A stretch of 64,000 nucleotides of DNA from an uncultured Rubrivirga sp. (GTDB lineage: Bacteria; Actinomycetota; Actinomycetes; S36-B12): assembly GCA_964550285.1 (NCBI GenBank), contig CAZJYN010000002.1:3646-67645 (forward strand). The letters are read 5' to 3'. The notes under the pieces were generated by a model. That model was not told the DNA's origin, ran no database searches, and saw nothing but the letters and a program-made list of their open reading frames with translations. Below are positions 1 through 8,889 of this stretch, one piece after another; positions within the stretch are counted from its first letter, which is position 1; each line of letters begins with the position of its first letter. The position numbers and the translations under genes were made by a program.

Positions 1-457
1 CCCCGCCCGAGGCACGCATGACGTCCTTCATTTCCTCGTTACTGAGGAGGGCACGCCAGCCGGGGATCGACTCCATCTTGTCCAGCGTGCCGCCGAAGTA
101 ACCAAGGCCCCGGCCGCTGAGTTGCGGGACGACGGCGCCGCAGGCCGCGACGATCGGCACGAGCGGAAGCGTCACCTTGTCGCCCACCCCACCGGTGGAG
201 TGCTTATCCACGCTGGGGGCATCGAAGTCCGAGAAGTCCATCCGGGTGCCGCTTGCGATCATCGCTTCGGTCCAGCGGACGATCTCGCGTTCGTTCATGT
301 CGTTGAGCAAGATGGCCATCGCCAGCGCGCTCATCTGTTCGTCCGCGACCACGCCGCGGGTGTAGGCATCTACCACCCAGTCGATCTGGGCATCGCTGAG
401 TTCACGACCATCGCGCTTGGCGATGATGACATCTACTGGGGCGAAGGCTTCGCTCAT
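1..457 (-). CDS. deoA: thymidine/pyrimidine-nucleoside phosphorylase, N-terminal part (3' end lies beyond window start)
   Basis: Own reverse-strand translation from ATG 457-455: MSEAFAPVDVIIAKRDGRELSDAQIDWVVDAY...SVDKHSTGGVGDKVTLPLVPIVAACG...GYFGGTLDKMESIPGW, which carries the DKHSTGGVGDK signature of thymidine phosphorylases. The ATG overlaps the TGA of the upstream ABC ATPase by 1 nt. Absent from the ORF track because it runs off the window. Confidence 0.85.
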   Translation of the reverse strand, partial: MSEAFAPVDVIIAKRDGRELSDAQIDWVVDAYTRGVVADEQMSALAMAILLNDMNEREIVRWTEAMIASGTRMDFSDFDAPSVDKHSTGGVGDKVTLPLVPIVAACGAVVPQLSGRGLGYFGGTLDKMESIPGWRALLSNEEMKDVMRASGG

Positions 458-2010
458 CAGGATGCTTGGGTGTCTTCGCCGCCGGCCATGAGGCGACCGA
501 TCCGGTTGCGGTCAGCGTTGTCGCCGTCGATCTCTGCGACGATCCGGCCGTCGTACATCACCAGGATGCGATCCGATAGGCCCATGACCTCGTCGAGCTC
601 CGCGGAGACCAGCAGCACCCCGGCGCCATCGTCGCGCGCCTTGACGATCTGGGAGTGGATGAACTCGATCGAGCCGACGTCCACACCGCGGGTGGGTTGG
701 GAGGCGATGAGCAGACTCGGGTTCGCGGCCAGCTCGCGGGCGATCACCACTTTCTGCTTGTTGCCGCCGGATAGGGACTGCGCGGTGGTCTGGATGGAAG
801 GCGTGCGGACGTCGTACTCCTCGACCAAGGTGTCGGCCAGTTGGTTGACCGCACTTCGATTGCGGATGCCCTTGCTGGAGAACTCCGCTTCGTCGAAACG
901 ATTGAGGACCATGTTGTCGGCGATCGAGTACTGACCGACCACACCATCCTTCTCCCGGTCCTCGGGTACGTGACCGACGCCCATGTCGTGAATGGTGTGC
1001 GGGGTGGCGCCGAGCGCATCGTTGCCGTTGATGGTCACCGCTTTGGCGTGGGCCTTGCGCAGACCGGTGAGTGCTTCGACGAGTTCACGCTGACCGTTGC
1101 CTTCCACGCCGGCGATGCCGACGATCTCACCGGCCCGAACGCTCAAGGTGGCGTCCTTGACGGCAGGCAGGCCCAAGCCGCCTTCCACTTCGAGTTCCTC
1201 GACTTCGAGAACGACATTGCCCGGTGTGGCCGGCTTCTTGTCCACGCGCAGCAGCACGCTGCGCCCGACCATCATCTGCGCAAGACCGGCCTGATCGGTC
1301 TGATCGGGGGTGGTGGTGCCCACGACCTGGCCTCCGCGCAGCACTTCGATGGTGTCGGCGACTTCGAGGACTTCGCGGAGCTTGTGGGTGATGAAGATGA
1401 CTGCCACACCGTTGTCGGCGAAGCCGCGCATCACCTTGAGCAGCTCGTCGGTCTCCTGCGGGGTGAGCACAGCGGTCGGCTCGTCCATGATCAAGATCTC
1501 GGCCTTGCGGTACAGCGCCTTGAGGATCTCCACCCGCTGCTGCGCGCCGACGGGAAGGTCCTCGACCTTGGCGTTGACGTCGACCTTCAGGCCGTATTCC
1601 TCAGATAACCGCGCGACTTCCGCTGTGGCCTTCTTCATGTTGACGAACATGGAATTGCGTGGTTCATCGCCCAAGATGACGTTCTCGGCGACGGTGAAGA
1701 CGGGGACGAGTTGGAAGTGCTGGTGCACCATGCCGATACCCCGATTGATGGCATCCCGGGGTCCTTTGAGCTTCACGGGCTCGCCGTTGATGAGGATTTC
1801 CCCTTCATCGGGTTCGTAGAGGCCGTAGATCATCTTGACGAGTGTCGATTTTCCAGCGCCGTTCTCGCCGAGCAGCCCGACGATCTGACCCTTGTGAATG
1901 GTCAAGGAAACGTCCTTGTTCGCGACTACGCCAGGGAAGCGCTTGGTGATGCGGCGGGCTTCGAGGACGGGGGTGCCCGTTGCACGGAAGGCGGGCCCAG
2001 AAGAAGGCAT
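457..2010 (-). CDS. ABC transporter ATP-binding protein, duplicated ATPase (BMP/nucleoside-type CUT2 importer)
   Basis: 517 aa with two ABC domains. Walker A motifs GENGAGKST and GVEGNGQ; signature LSGGNKQK. Lies in an operon with two permeases and a BMP lipoprotein. Confidence 0.9.
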   Translation of the reverse strand: MPSSGPAFRATGTPVLEARRITKRFPGVVANKDVSLTIHKGQIVGLLGENGAGKSTLVKMIYGLYEPDEGEILINGEPVKLKGPRDAINRGIGMVHQHFQLVPVFTVAENVILGDEPRNSMFVNMKKATAEVARLSEEYGLKVDVNAKVEDLPVGAQQRVEILKALYRKAEILIMDEPTAVLTPQETDELLKVMRGFADNGVAVIFITHKLREVLEVADTIEVLRGGQVVGTTTPDQTDQAGLAQMMVGRSVLLRVDKKPATPGNVVLEVEELEVEGGLGLPAVKDATLSVRAGEIVGIAGVEGNGQRELVEALTGLRKAHAKAVTINGNDALGATPHTIHDMGVGHVPEDREKDGVVGQYSIADNMVLNRFDEAEFSSKGIRNRSAVNQLADTLVEEYDVRTPSIQTTAQSLSGGNKQKVVIARELAANPSLLIASQPTRGVDVGSIEFIHSQIVKARDDGAGVLLVSAELDEVMGLSDRILVMYDGRIVAEIDGDNADRNRIGRLMAGGEDTQAS

Positions 2011-2019
2011 AGCTGTCCC

Positions 2020-2994
2020 CTATTCCTTCTCGTACGGTTTGCCGACGGCTGCTGGTGGCTTGACCCGGCCGGACACGATCGCCAGCAGCACGATCGTCAG
2101 GATGTAAGGCAGCATGTTGATGAACTGTTGCGGGATGGCGATCACTTCATCGGCCTGCAACTGACTCGCCACTCCGTTGGCAAGGCCGAAGAACAGCGCC
2201 GCTCCGAGCGCGCCGATCGGGTTCCACGCTCCGAAGATCATGATGGCAAGGGCCGTGAAGCCACGTCCGGCCGTGAGCCCACGCTCGAAGGTGCTGGCGG
2301 CCTCGATCGACAGGTAGGCACCGGCGAGACCGGCCAGACCACCGGCGAGGGTGACGTTCAAGAACCTTGTGCGCTGGACGTTCACACCGGAGGTGTCCGC
2401 CGAGCCCGGCTTCTCACCGACCGCGCGGGTGCGCAACCCCCAGATGGTCTTGAACAACAGAACCCACAACAACACGGCTGTGAGCAGGGCCGCATAGGTG
2501 AACAGGCCGTTATCGAAGAACACCGGACCAACCAGCGGGATATCCGCTAGGACGGGGATGCGCAGCTTGGGAGTGATGGCCGGCAGGACATAGCCCTGCG
2601 AATAGAAGAAGGATGACAGGCCGGTAGCCAGGATGTTGATGATGGTGCCGGCGATGATCTGGTCCATCTTCCAGGTGACCGCACCGGTGGCCAGGAACGC
2701 ACCCATGATCATGCCGGTGCCGACACCGATCATCGTGCCGAGGATGAGGTTGCCGGTGATCGCAGCCCCGAAGAAACCGGCGAAGGCGCTCATCAACATC
2801 TGGCCTTCGATACCGATGTTGATGATGCCGCTGCGCTCGCAGATGATGCCGACCATCGCAGCCAGGATCAGCGGTACCGCGTAGCGCAGCGAGAAGCTCA
2901 AGACCGAAACGGTGCGGTTCTCGTCCATCAAGAACGCGACGACGATTCCCGCGAAGATGGCAACGGTGAGGGTGTAGGCGTAGCGGGCTCTCAT
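2020..2994 (-). CDS. ABC transporter permease (nucleoside/simple-sugar type)
   Basis: 324 aa, highly hydrophobic and polytopic. ATGA start/stop overlap with the upstream permease gene. Confidence 0.85.
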   Translation of the reverse strand: MRARYAYTLTVAIFAGIVVAFLMDENRTVSVLSFSLRYAVPLILAAMVGIICERSGIINIGIEGQMLMSAFAGFFGAAITGNLILGTMIGVGTGMIMGAFLATGAVTWKMDQIIAGTIINILATGLSSFFYSQGYVLPAITPKLRIPVLADIPLVGPVFFDNGLFTYAALLTAVLLWVLLFKTIWGLRTRAVGEKPGSADTSGVNVQRTRFLNVTLAGGLAGLAGAYLSIEAASTFERGLTAGRGFTALAIMIFGAWNPIGALGAALFFGLANGVASQLQADEVIAIPQQFINMLPYILTIVLLAIVSGRVKPPAAVGKPYEKE

Positions 2995-4127
2995 GCGCCA
3001 CCCCAGCCCGAACTAACGGTGGTCTGCTTCATCGCCCGCTTGCGGAACAACAGCCGTCCGACGATCGGCGCGGCAACGAACAGCAGCGTGAGCGCCAAGA
3101 TGACGTCCACCACCTCGGGCTCGATGCCCGTTTGGAATTGCAGTGATGCCGCGCCGGCGCGCAAGGTGCCGACGAGCAGTGCGGCGGGGATGGTGGCGAT
3201 CGGGTTGGCGCGGGCAAGAAGAGCGATGGTGATGCCGTCGAAGCCCAGGCCGGCGTTGAACGATGGTTCGAAACGGCCGGTGATCCCCAGGGTCTCCACC
3301 GCGCCACCCATTCCGGCAAGCGCGCCGCTGACCGCCATCGCCAAGGCGATGGTCTTCTTGACGCCGATGCCGGCGTAGTTAGCGGCGCTGGGATTTAGAC
3401 CAACGGTGTTGAAGCGAAAACCCTGAGTGGTGCGAGACAGGAACCAACCGAAGAACAACGAGACGAACAGCGCGATGACGAAACCGGAGGGCACGATGCC
3501 GAAATCACCGAGCGCCGCCGATTCGGCGATCTCCGGAGTGCGGGTGAGTGGCTGATCGGGTTCCTTGAGCGGCCGGCTGGCGAGGTAGTCAACCAGCGCG
3601 ATCGCTACGGCGTTCAACATGATGGTGGTGATGACCTCGGAGACGCTGCGGTAGGCCCGAAGTACGCCGGCGATCGACGCCCACGCCGCCCCGCACAGCA
3701 TCCCGAAGATGATCGCGAACGGGATGTGGATCACCATCGGCATTTGGAAGTTGTAGCCGGCCCAGGCCGCACCGATCGCGCCGACGAGCAACTGGCCTTG
3801 CGCACCGATGTTGAACAGCCCGGTCCGCAGACCCACGGTGACCGCTAGGCCGGTGAGGATCAGCGGGGTGGACTTCTCCATGACCCGCATGAGGCCATCG
3901 GCGTCGCCGAGGGCGGAGGAGAACAGCACCCAGTAGGCCTCGAGCGGGTTCACTCCCTGGAACCAGATCAAGATCCCGCCGATGGAGAAGGCGAGCAGCA
4001 CCGAGGCCAGCGGCAGGACGATCGACTGGACTCGCGTCCAGCGGCCGGCGCGCTGTGGATCCGGGTCGGTGAACCCGAGATCGGTCTGCGCGGGATCGGT
4101 CACGGACATGGCGCTGAATCCTTGCAC
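2991..4127 (-). CDS. ABC transporter permease (nucleoside/simple-sugar type)
   Basis: 378 aa polytopic membrane protein, first permease of the BMP-type importer. The start could be M1 (4127) or M7 (4109). Confidence 0.85.
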   Translation of the reverse strand: MQGFSAMSVTDPAQTDLGFTDPDPQRAGRWTRVQSIVLPLASVLLAFSIGGILIWFQGVNPLEAYWVLFSSALGDADGLMRVMEKSTPLILTGLAVTVGLRTGLFNIGAQGQLLVGAIGAAWAGYNFQMPMVIHIPFAIIFGMLCGAAWASIAGVLRAYRSVSEVITTIMLNAVAIALVDYLASRPLKEPDQPLTRTPEIAESAALGDFGIVPSGFVIALFVSLFFGWFLSRTTQGFRFNTVGLNPSAANYAGIGVKKTIALAMAVSGALAGMGGAVETLGITGRFEPSFNAGLGFDGITIALLARANPIATIPAALLVGTLRAGAASLQFQTGIEPEVVDVILALTLLFVAAPIVGRLLFRKRAMKQTTVSSGWGGA

Positions 4128-4165
4128 ACAGTGGACGGATGATTGACGGAGTTGATCGATAAGAA

Positions 4166-4196
4166 GGGCGGGAGCAACTCAACGTCGCTCCCGCCC
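4166..4196 (-). terminator. intra-operon GC hairpin after the BMP lipoprotein gene (partial terminator/mRNA stabiliser candidate)
   Basis: GGGCGGGAGC (4166-4175) pairs perfectly with GCTCCCGCCC (4187-4196). 10-bp stem, 11-nt loop. On the minus-strand transcript it is followed by TTCTTATCGATC. Confidence 0.5.
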
Positions 4197-4221
4197 CCCT
4201 TTCAGGTGTTACAGATGGTGA

Positions 4222-5382
4222 CTAGTTCTCCAGCAGTGCCAGACCGCCGGTATCGATCGTGCCGTCGACGAGTCCGGCGAGGACCTCATCGATCTGCGCC
4301 TTGACGTCGTCCGGCACTGCGCCTTCGGTGTCGTGGTACGGCGCGAGGCCGGTCGGACCGAAGAAGTTACCGCCGGGGAACGCACCGTCGTAGGACAGCA
4401 GCACGAGCTCCTCGGTGCCCTCGACCAACTTCTTCTCCGCCGAGGTCAGCAAGCACGGAGCGGCCTGCGGAACGGTGAAGTACTGATCGATGTCCACGCC
4501 GATGCAGAACACGCTCTCACCTGCGCCGGGATCCTTCGCGATCTCGATCAGACCGCCGTTACCGGTTTGACCACCAGCGGCGAAGATGACGTCGATTCCC
4601 TGGTCGAGCTGCTTACGGGACTCCGCAGCACCCCACTCCGGGTCGGTGAACGCGTTGTTCGGCTCGTGGTAGACCAAAGTGACGTCCACATCCGGGTTAG
4701 CGGCCTGCGCGCCAACCTTGTAGCCCTCACCGAACAACTTCACCGGCGGAACGGTGTCGGTGCCGAGCACCGCACCCACCTGGTTCGTCTCGGTCATGAG
4801 CCCGGCGAGAAAGCCCGCCGCGTAGCCCGCGCGATCTTCGTTGAAGACCAGGCCGGTCAGGTTCGGGATCTCCGCTTCCTGGAACTGATCGACGCCAACG
4901 AAATCGATATCCGGGTACTCAGCAGCCGCGGCGATCGACGCCTCGGCCATCAAGAAGCCGACGGTGACGATGGTGTCGTAGTCGGCCTGGGCGAACTGCG
5001 CGATGTTGTTCGCGTAGTCCTTCGGATCGGTCGTCTCGATGAACTTGGCGAATCCCCCGACCTGCTCCGCCGCGAGCTGGGTGCCCTCCCACGCGGCCTG
5101 GTTGAACGACTTGTCGTCCACCTTGCCGGTGTCGGTCACCAGTCCGACGCAGTAGTTCTCCTCGGCAGCGCAGTTGCTGTCGTCGGTGGTTACGCCGGAG
5201 CCGCTGTCTTCCGCGGCTGCGTCGTCTCCACCCTCGGACTCCTCAACCTGCTCCTCAGTTGTCTCCTCGGCGGCGGCGGTCTCCTGCGCAGTCGACTCGG
5301 CGGAATCACCGGAATCGCTGGTGCAGCCGGCCAGCACCAAGGCAGCGGTCGCGAAACCCGCGACCAGTAGCTTGCGATGCAT
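4222..5382 (-). CDS. BMP-family (PnrA/Med-like) nucleoside-binding lipoprotein, ABC substrate-binding component
   Basis: Start trimmed to MHRKLLVAGFATAALVLAGC (signal peptide plus LAGC lipobox), preceded by AGAAAGG. An acidic Ser/Asp/Glu/Thr linker is followed by a BMP-like domain (CVGLVTDTGKVDDKSFNQ...). Confidence 0.85.
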   Translation of the reverse strand: MHRKLLVAGFATAALVLAGCTSDSGDSAESTAQETAAAEETTEEQVEESEGGDDAAAEDSGSGVTTDDSNCAAEENYCVGLVTDTGKVDDKSFNQAAWEGTQLAAEQVGGFAKFIETTDPKDYANNIAQFAQADYDTIVTVGFLMAEASIAAAAEYPDIDFVGVDQFQEAEIPNLTGLVFNEDRAGYAAGFLAGLMTETNQVGAVLGTDTVPPVKLFGEGYKVGAQAANPDVDVTLVYHEPNNAFTDPEWGAAESRKQLDQGIDVIFAAGGQTGNGGLIEIAKDPGAGESVFCIGVDIDQYFTVPQAAPCLLTSAEKKLVEGTEELVLLSYDGAFPGGNFFGPTGLAPYHDTEGAVPDDVKAQIDEVLAGLVDGTIDTGGLALLEN

Positions 5383-5593
5383 GCATGTGCCTTTCTGTCG
5401 GGTCTCCGTCACCGCCGTGGAGCCCGCGGAATCGATCACGGCCACCGACGATGGGGAGTTTCGGATAGCCGGACACTAGTTGCCGTTTGTTACGCAATCG
5501 CTTCCCGCACGCAATTAGCCCGTGGTCGCTATCAACTTGTAACACGACTGACCCACGAGCCGTGACCTATGTGACGCGTGTGACTGATTGTGT

Positions 5594-6349
5594 TCAAAAC
5601 GGGGCGCGCGCACTCGCCGACCAGCCGCCATCCACCGGCAGCACGACCCCGTTGACGCCCGCTGATTGCGGGCCGATCAAGAAGGCGACAGCCTGCGCGA
5701 CCTGGGTCGCCGTGACGGGTCGACCACTCGGCGCACTCGAGGTCCACCACGCGTAGCCCTGCGGCCAGGCCTGCGCCAGACCCTCCCGCTCGATGAGGCC
5801 GGGGGCGATGGCATTCGCGCGCATTCCGCGGGGTGCGAGTTCGAGGGCCAGCGAGCGGGTGAAGGACTCCAACGCGGCCTTCGCCGCGGCGTAGTGCGCG
5901 TGGTTCGGGAAGGCGACCGATGCCTCCACCGAGGAGATGTTCACGATCGCACCGTCGATGCCCAGTGAATCGATCGCCGCGGAGCTGACCCGGGCGGCCG
6001 AGAGCAGCGATGCCTGCAGCATCTGCTGCCAACCGTCATCGTCGAGGTCACCGAAGGCCGCAGGGGTCTGATCGGCGCTGTTGTTGACAACCGCATCGAG
6101 CCTGCCGAATCGTTCGATCACCGCTGCGACCAACGCATCCGCAGCCTGGCTACCGGAAGCCAAATCGGCTGCGAAGGCACGGGCCGCACCGCCCGCATCG
6201 GTGATCTCGGCTACGAGCTCTTCGGCTGCCTGCGAGCCGGATCGGTAATGCACCGCGATGGCGTATCCGCTTTCGGCGCACACCCGCGCGATGGCCGCAC
6301 CGAGGTGGCCGGAGGCACCGGTCACCAACACCACCCGCTGCTGCGTCAT
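5594..6349 (-). CDS. short-chain dehydrogenase/reductase (SDR), substrate unknown
   Basis: 251 aa. TGASGHLGAA nucleotide-binding motif and YAAAKAA (YxxxK) catalytic motif. Confidence 0.85.
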   Translation of the reverse strand: MTQQRVVLVTGASGHLGAAIARVCAESGYAIAVHYRSGSQAAEELVAEITDAGGAARAFAADLASGSQAADALVAAVIERFGRLDAVVNNSADQTPAAFGDLDDDGWQQMLQASLLSAARVSSAAIDSLGIDGAIVNISSVEASVAFPNHAHYAAAKAALESFTRSLALELAPRGMRANAIAPGLIEREGLAQAWPQGYAWWTSSAPSGRPVTATQVAQAVAFLIGPQSAGVNGVVLPVDGGWSASARAPF

Positions 6350-6376
6350 GTGCTACTCCTCACTGGCTCTTCCTCG

Positions 6377-6835
6377 TCAGTTCCTGCGCATGCGCGCCGC
6401 GATCTGCTCACCGGCCGCTGCCCAGGCGGACAGATCGGTTTGCGCGGTCGCGAGTTCGAATTCGGTGAACGGCGGGGCCAGTACGCACGAGACCAGCGTC
6501 CACTCGCCGTCGGTGAGCGTGCCCTGCCAGTGGCCACCGGGGATCCGGAGGTGCGGGACTTGCCCCTCAACTAAGTCGGTACCCAAAGTGATCGATTCGT
6601 GAGAGCCATCGGGCGCGAGGACGAGGATGCGCGCGGGAGCCCCCGCGATGTGGGTCCAGGCTTCGTCTTCCTTGAGCCGGTGCATCGCACTGAAATCGTT
6701 GGGCGTGATGAGTGCGTAGATCGCGTTGGCGAACTCACTGCGCCACAGCAACGAGATCCAACAACCCTCGCCCTCGAGGTACTCCATGTCCAGCGCATCG
6801 ATGACCTGCTCGGCTGTCATCCGCATGAGGTCCAT
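6377..6835 (-). CDS. cupin-fold protein, DUF985-like
   Basis: 152 aa. AIYALITPNDFSAMHRLKEDEAWTHIAG resembles the DUF985/cupin_5 core as I remember it. The start lies 2 nt after the amidohydrolase stop. Confidence 0.6.
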   Translation of the reverse strand: MDLMRMTAEQVIDALDMEYLEGEGCWISLLWRSEFANAIYALITPNDFSAMHRLKEDEAWTHIAGAPARILVLAPDGSHESITLGTDLVEGQVPHLRIPGGHWQGTLTDGEWTLVSCVLAPPFTEFELATAQTDLSAWAAAGEQIAARMRRN

Positions 6836-6837
6836 GG

Positions 6838-8139
6838 CTACTCGTTCGCCACGTGTGCGCGAGCTGCGTCCATGACCTCACGCTGCTCGACCTTGGTGGG
6901 TCGCCGATCGGCGACCACCTGCTCACCGGCGACGAAGACATCGCGAACATCACTGCGACCGGCTGCGTAGACCAAGGCGGTGAACGGATCGTGAAGTGGC
7001 GTGAGGTGCGGCACCTCGGTGTCCACGACGATTACGTCCGCCTCCTTGCCCACCTCCAGGCTGCCGATCCGATCGCCCATGCCGAGGGCGGCGGCCCCGT
7101 CGATGGTGGCAGCCCGCACGATGTCCTGGGCGCTGATGGCGGCCGGATCGTGGTGCACGAGGCGGGCGAGGTTGGCGGCCAGGCGCAGCACCGAGAACAT
7201 GTCCAGATCGTTGCTCGAGGAGCAGCCGTCGGTTCCCAGCCCTACGCGGATGCCCTGCTCGCGGTAACCGACGAGATCCATCGCACCGCTGGCGAGCTTG
7301 AGATTGGAACCGGGGTTGTGGGCGACGAACGCACCGCCTGAGGCGATGTCCGCCCGATCGGCCTCGTCCAATCGAACGCAATGCGCGAGTGTGCTGCGCT
7401 CGTCGAGTAGGCCTGCATCGCGCAGCAACGCGGTGGGGCGGGCACCGTGGGCGGCGATGGTGTCGTCGTTCTCCTTATCGTTTTCGGAATTGTGGGTGTG
7501 GATGCGGGCATCGATCTCGCGGGCGAGTTCGTTGATCTCCAACAGGTGCGCGGGGTTCACGATCAACGGGCTATGCGGCATCAGGTAGCGCGGTGCGTAC
7601 GGACCGCCGATCTCGGCCAGTGTGCTCGGCCACGAGCGGGTCAACTCGATGCGTTCTGACCATTCGAGTCCATCGGGCCCGGGGAAGTCGAAGAAGACCG
7701 GGCCGATCGCGTGGCGGATGCCGACTTCCACCGCCCCGCGATGCGCGGCCTCGGGATGGAAGTACATGTCTAGCGCGGTGGTCGTGCCCCCGAGCAGCGC
7801 TTCGAGCGCGCCGAGTCGGGCCCCGAGGTAGGTGCCCTGCGGTCCCATGATCCGCGCTTCCTCGGCCCAGACCCGCTCGAGGAAGCCTTGGAGATCCACG
7901 TTCTCGGCGACTCCCCGCAACAAGGTCATCGGCAGGTGCGTATGCAAGTTCACGAAGCCGGGCAGCACGATGCAGCCACCGGCATCGATGATGTTGTCGG
8001 CTTCGAATCCCGAGGTATCACCGACCGCAACTAAGCGACCGTCGTCGATCGCGATACCGGCGTGCTCGAAGATCACGTCCTGGTCATCACAGGTGATCAG
8101 GTAACGGGCATCGGTGATGAGGGTGTCGACGCGGGCCAT
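6838..8139 (-). CDS. amidohydrolase-superfamily nucleoside/nucleobase deaminase (MtaD/5'-deoxyadenosine deaminase-like)
   Basis: 433 aa. LPGFVNLHTHLPMTLLRG (HxH metal site), HNSEN, HNPGSNLKLASG and GLGTDG motifs, typical of the MTA/SAH deaminase and ATZ/TRZ group. The ATG overlaps the upstream stop by 1 nt. Confidence 0.75.
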   Translation of the reverse strand: MARVDTLITDARYLITCDDQDVIFEHAGIAIDDGRLVAVGDTSGFEADNIIDAGGCIVLPGFVNLHTHLPMTLLRGVAENVDLQGFLERVWAEEARIMGPQGTYLGARLGALEALLGGTTTALDMYFHPEAAHRGAVEVGIRHAIGPVFFDFPGPDGLEWSERIELTRSWPSTLAEIGGPYAPRYLMPHSPLIVNPAHLLEINELAREIDARIHTHNSENDKENDDTIAAHGARPTALLRDAGLLDERSTLAHCVRLDEADRADIASGGAFVAHNPGSNLKLASGAMDLVGYREQGIRVGLGTDGCSSSNDLDMFSVLRLAANLARLVHHDPAAISAQDIVRAATIDGAAALGMGDRIGSLEVGKEADVIVVDTEVPHLTPLHDPFTALVYAAGRSDVRDVFVAGEQVVADRRPTKVEQREVMDAARAHVANE

Positions 8140-8879
8140 CAGGCGAGCAATCTCGCTGCTTCGGACAAAACGCGCGTGACGGTCGCTGCGCCGTCGGCGA
8201 CTACCGCTTGGACATCCTCGATGGTGATGGGCTCACTGCCCTGACCGGCGGCCGGATTAGCCACGATGCACAAACTCGCGTACGGCAGCTCACGCTCGAC
8301 CGCGAGCACCACTTCCGGCACACCGGTCATTCCCACCACGGTCACCCCGGCGGCGGCAGCCAGCCGGATCTCGGCCTTGGTCTCGAATCTCGGGCCCTCG
8401 TACGCCCCGTAGATGCCGTGGTCGATCACGGTGACGCCGAGGTTGTCGGCAGCTTGCTTCCAGGCTGCGCGCAGCCGCGGGTGGTACGGCTCGCCCATGT
8501 CGACATGGACGACGCCTTCGGGGGTGGATCCGTCGTAGAAGGTGATCGGGCGGGCCTTGGTGAAGTCGATGAAATCGTCGACGATCACCAGGTCACCGGC
8601 TTCGGTGCCGACTCCCCCGACCACGTTGACCGCGAGGATCTCGGTGACGCCGAGGTCGAGCATCGCCTGGATGTTGGCCCGGTAGTTGACCATGTGCGGT
8701 GGAACCGAGTGGTCGTAGCCGTGGCGGGAGATGAAGACGGTGCGCCGATCGTGCAAGGTTCCGACCCGTGCCCGGGTGGGCCCGTAGATCGTCTCGACGG
8801 TGATGTCCTTCGGATCGCGAAGGTCCTCGAGTGCGTAGAAACCGGTTCCGGCGATCACGCCGAGTGCTGCGCTGCTCAC
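8139..8879 (-). CDS. MTAP-family purine nucleoside phosphorylase (MTA or methylthioinosine phosphorylase-like)
   Basis: LGVIAGTGFY...FISRHGYDHSVPPHMVNYRANIQAMLDLGV is the classic MTAP/PNP trimeric family core. Start trimmed to GTG at 8879 so it does not overlap cdd. No clear SD, so the start is uncertain. Confidence 0.75.
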   Translation of the reverse strand: MSSAALGVIAGTGFYALEDLRDPKDITVETIYGPTRARVGTLHDRRTVFISRHGYDHSVPPHMVNYRANIQAMLDLGVTEILAVNVVGGVGTEAGDLVIVDDFIDFTKARPITFYDGSTPEGVVHVDMGEPYHPRLRAAWKQAADNLGVTVIDHGIYGAYEGPRFETKAEIRLAAAAGVTVVGMTGVPEVVLAVERELPYASLCIVANPAAGQGSEPITIEDVQAVVADGAATVTRVLSEAARLLA

Positions 8880-8889
8880 AGGCGGCAGG

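Noticed and set aside
122-2550. Several 170-280-aa + strand ORFs (122-934, 841-1608, 1310-1819, 1711-2550).
   Set aside because: All are antisense to deoA, the ABC ATPase and the permease, and none has motifs or a plausible RBS. The same reasoning rejects 4333-5370, 8208-8975, 10298-10855, 15127-15819, 15862-16617, 16899-17786, 18874-19899, 24469-25230, 39604-40662, 42890-43726, 45444-46034, 54700-55485, 55810-56583, 56909-57691 and 60978-61640.
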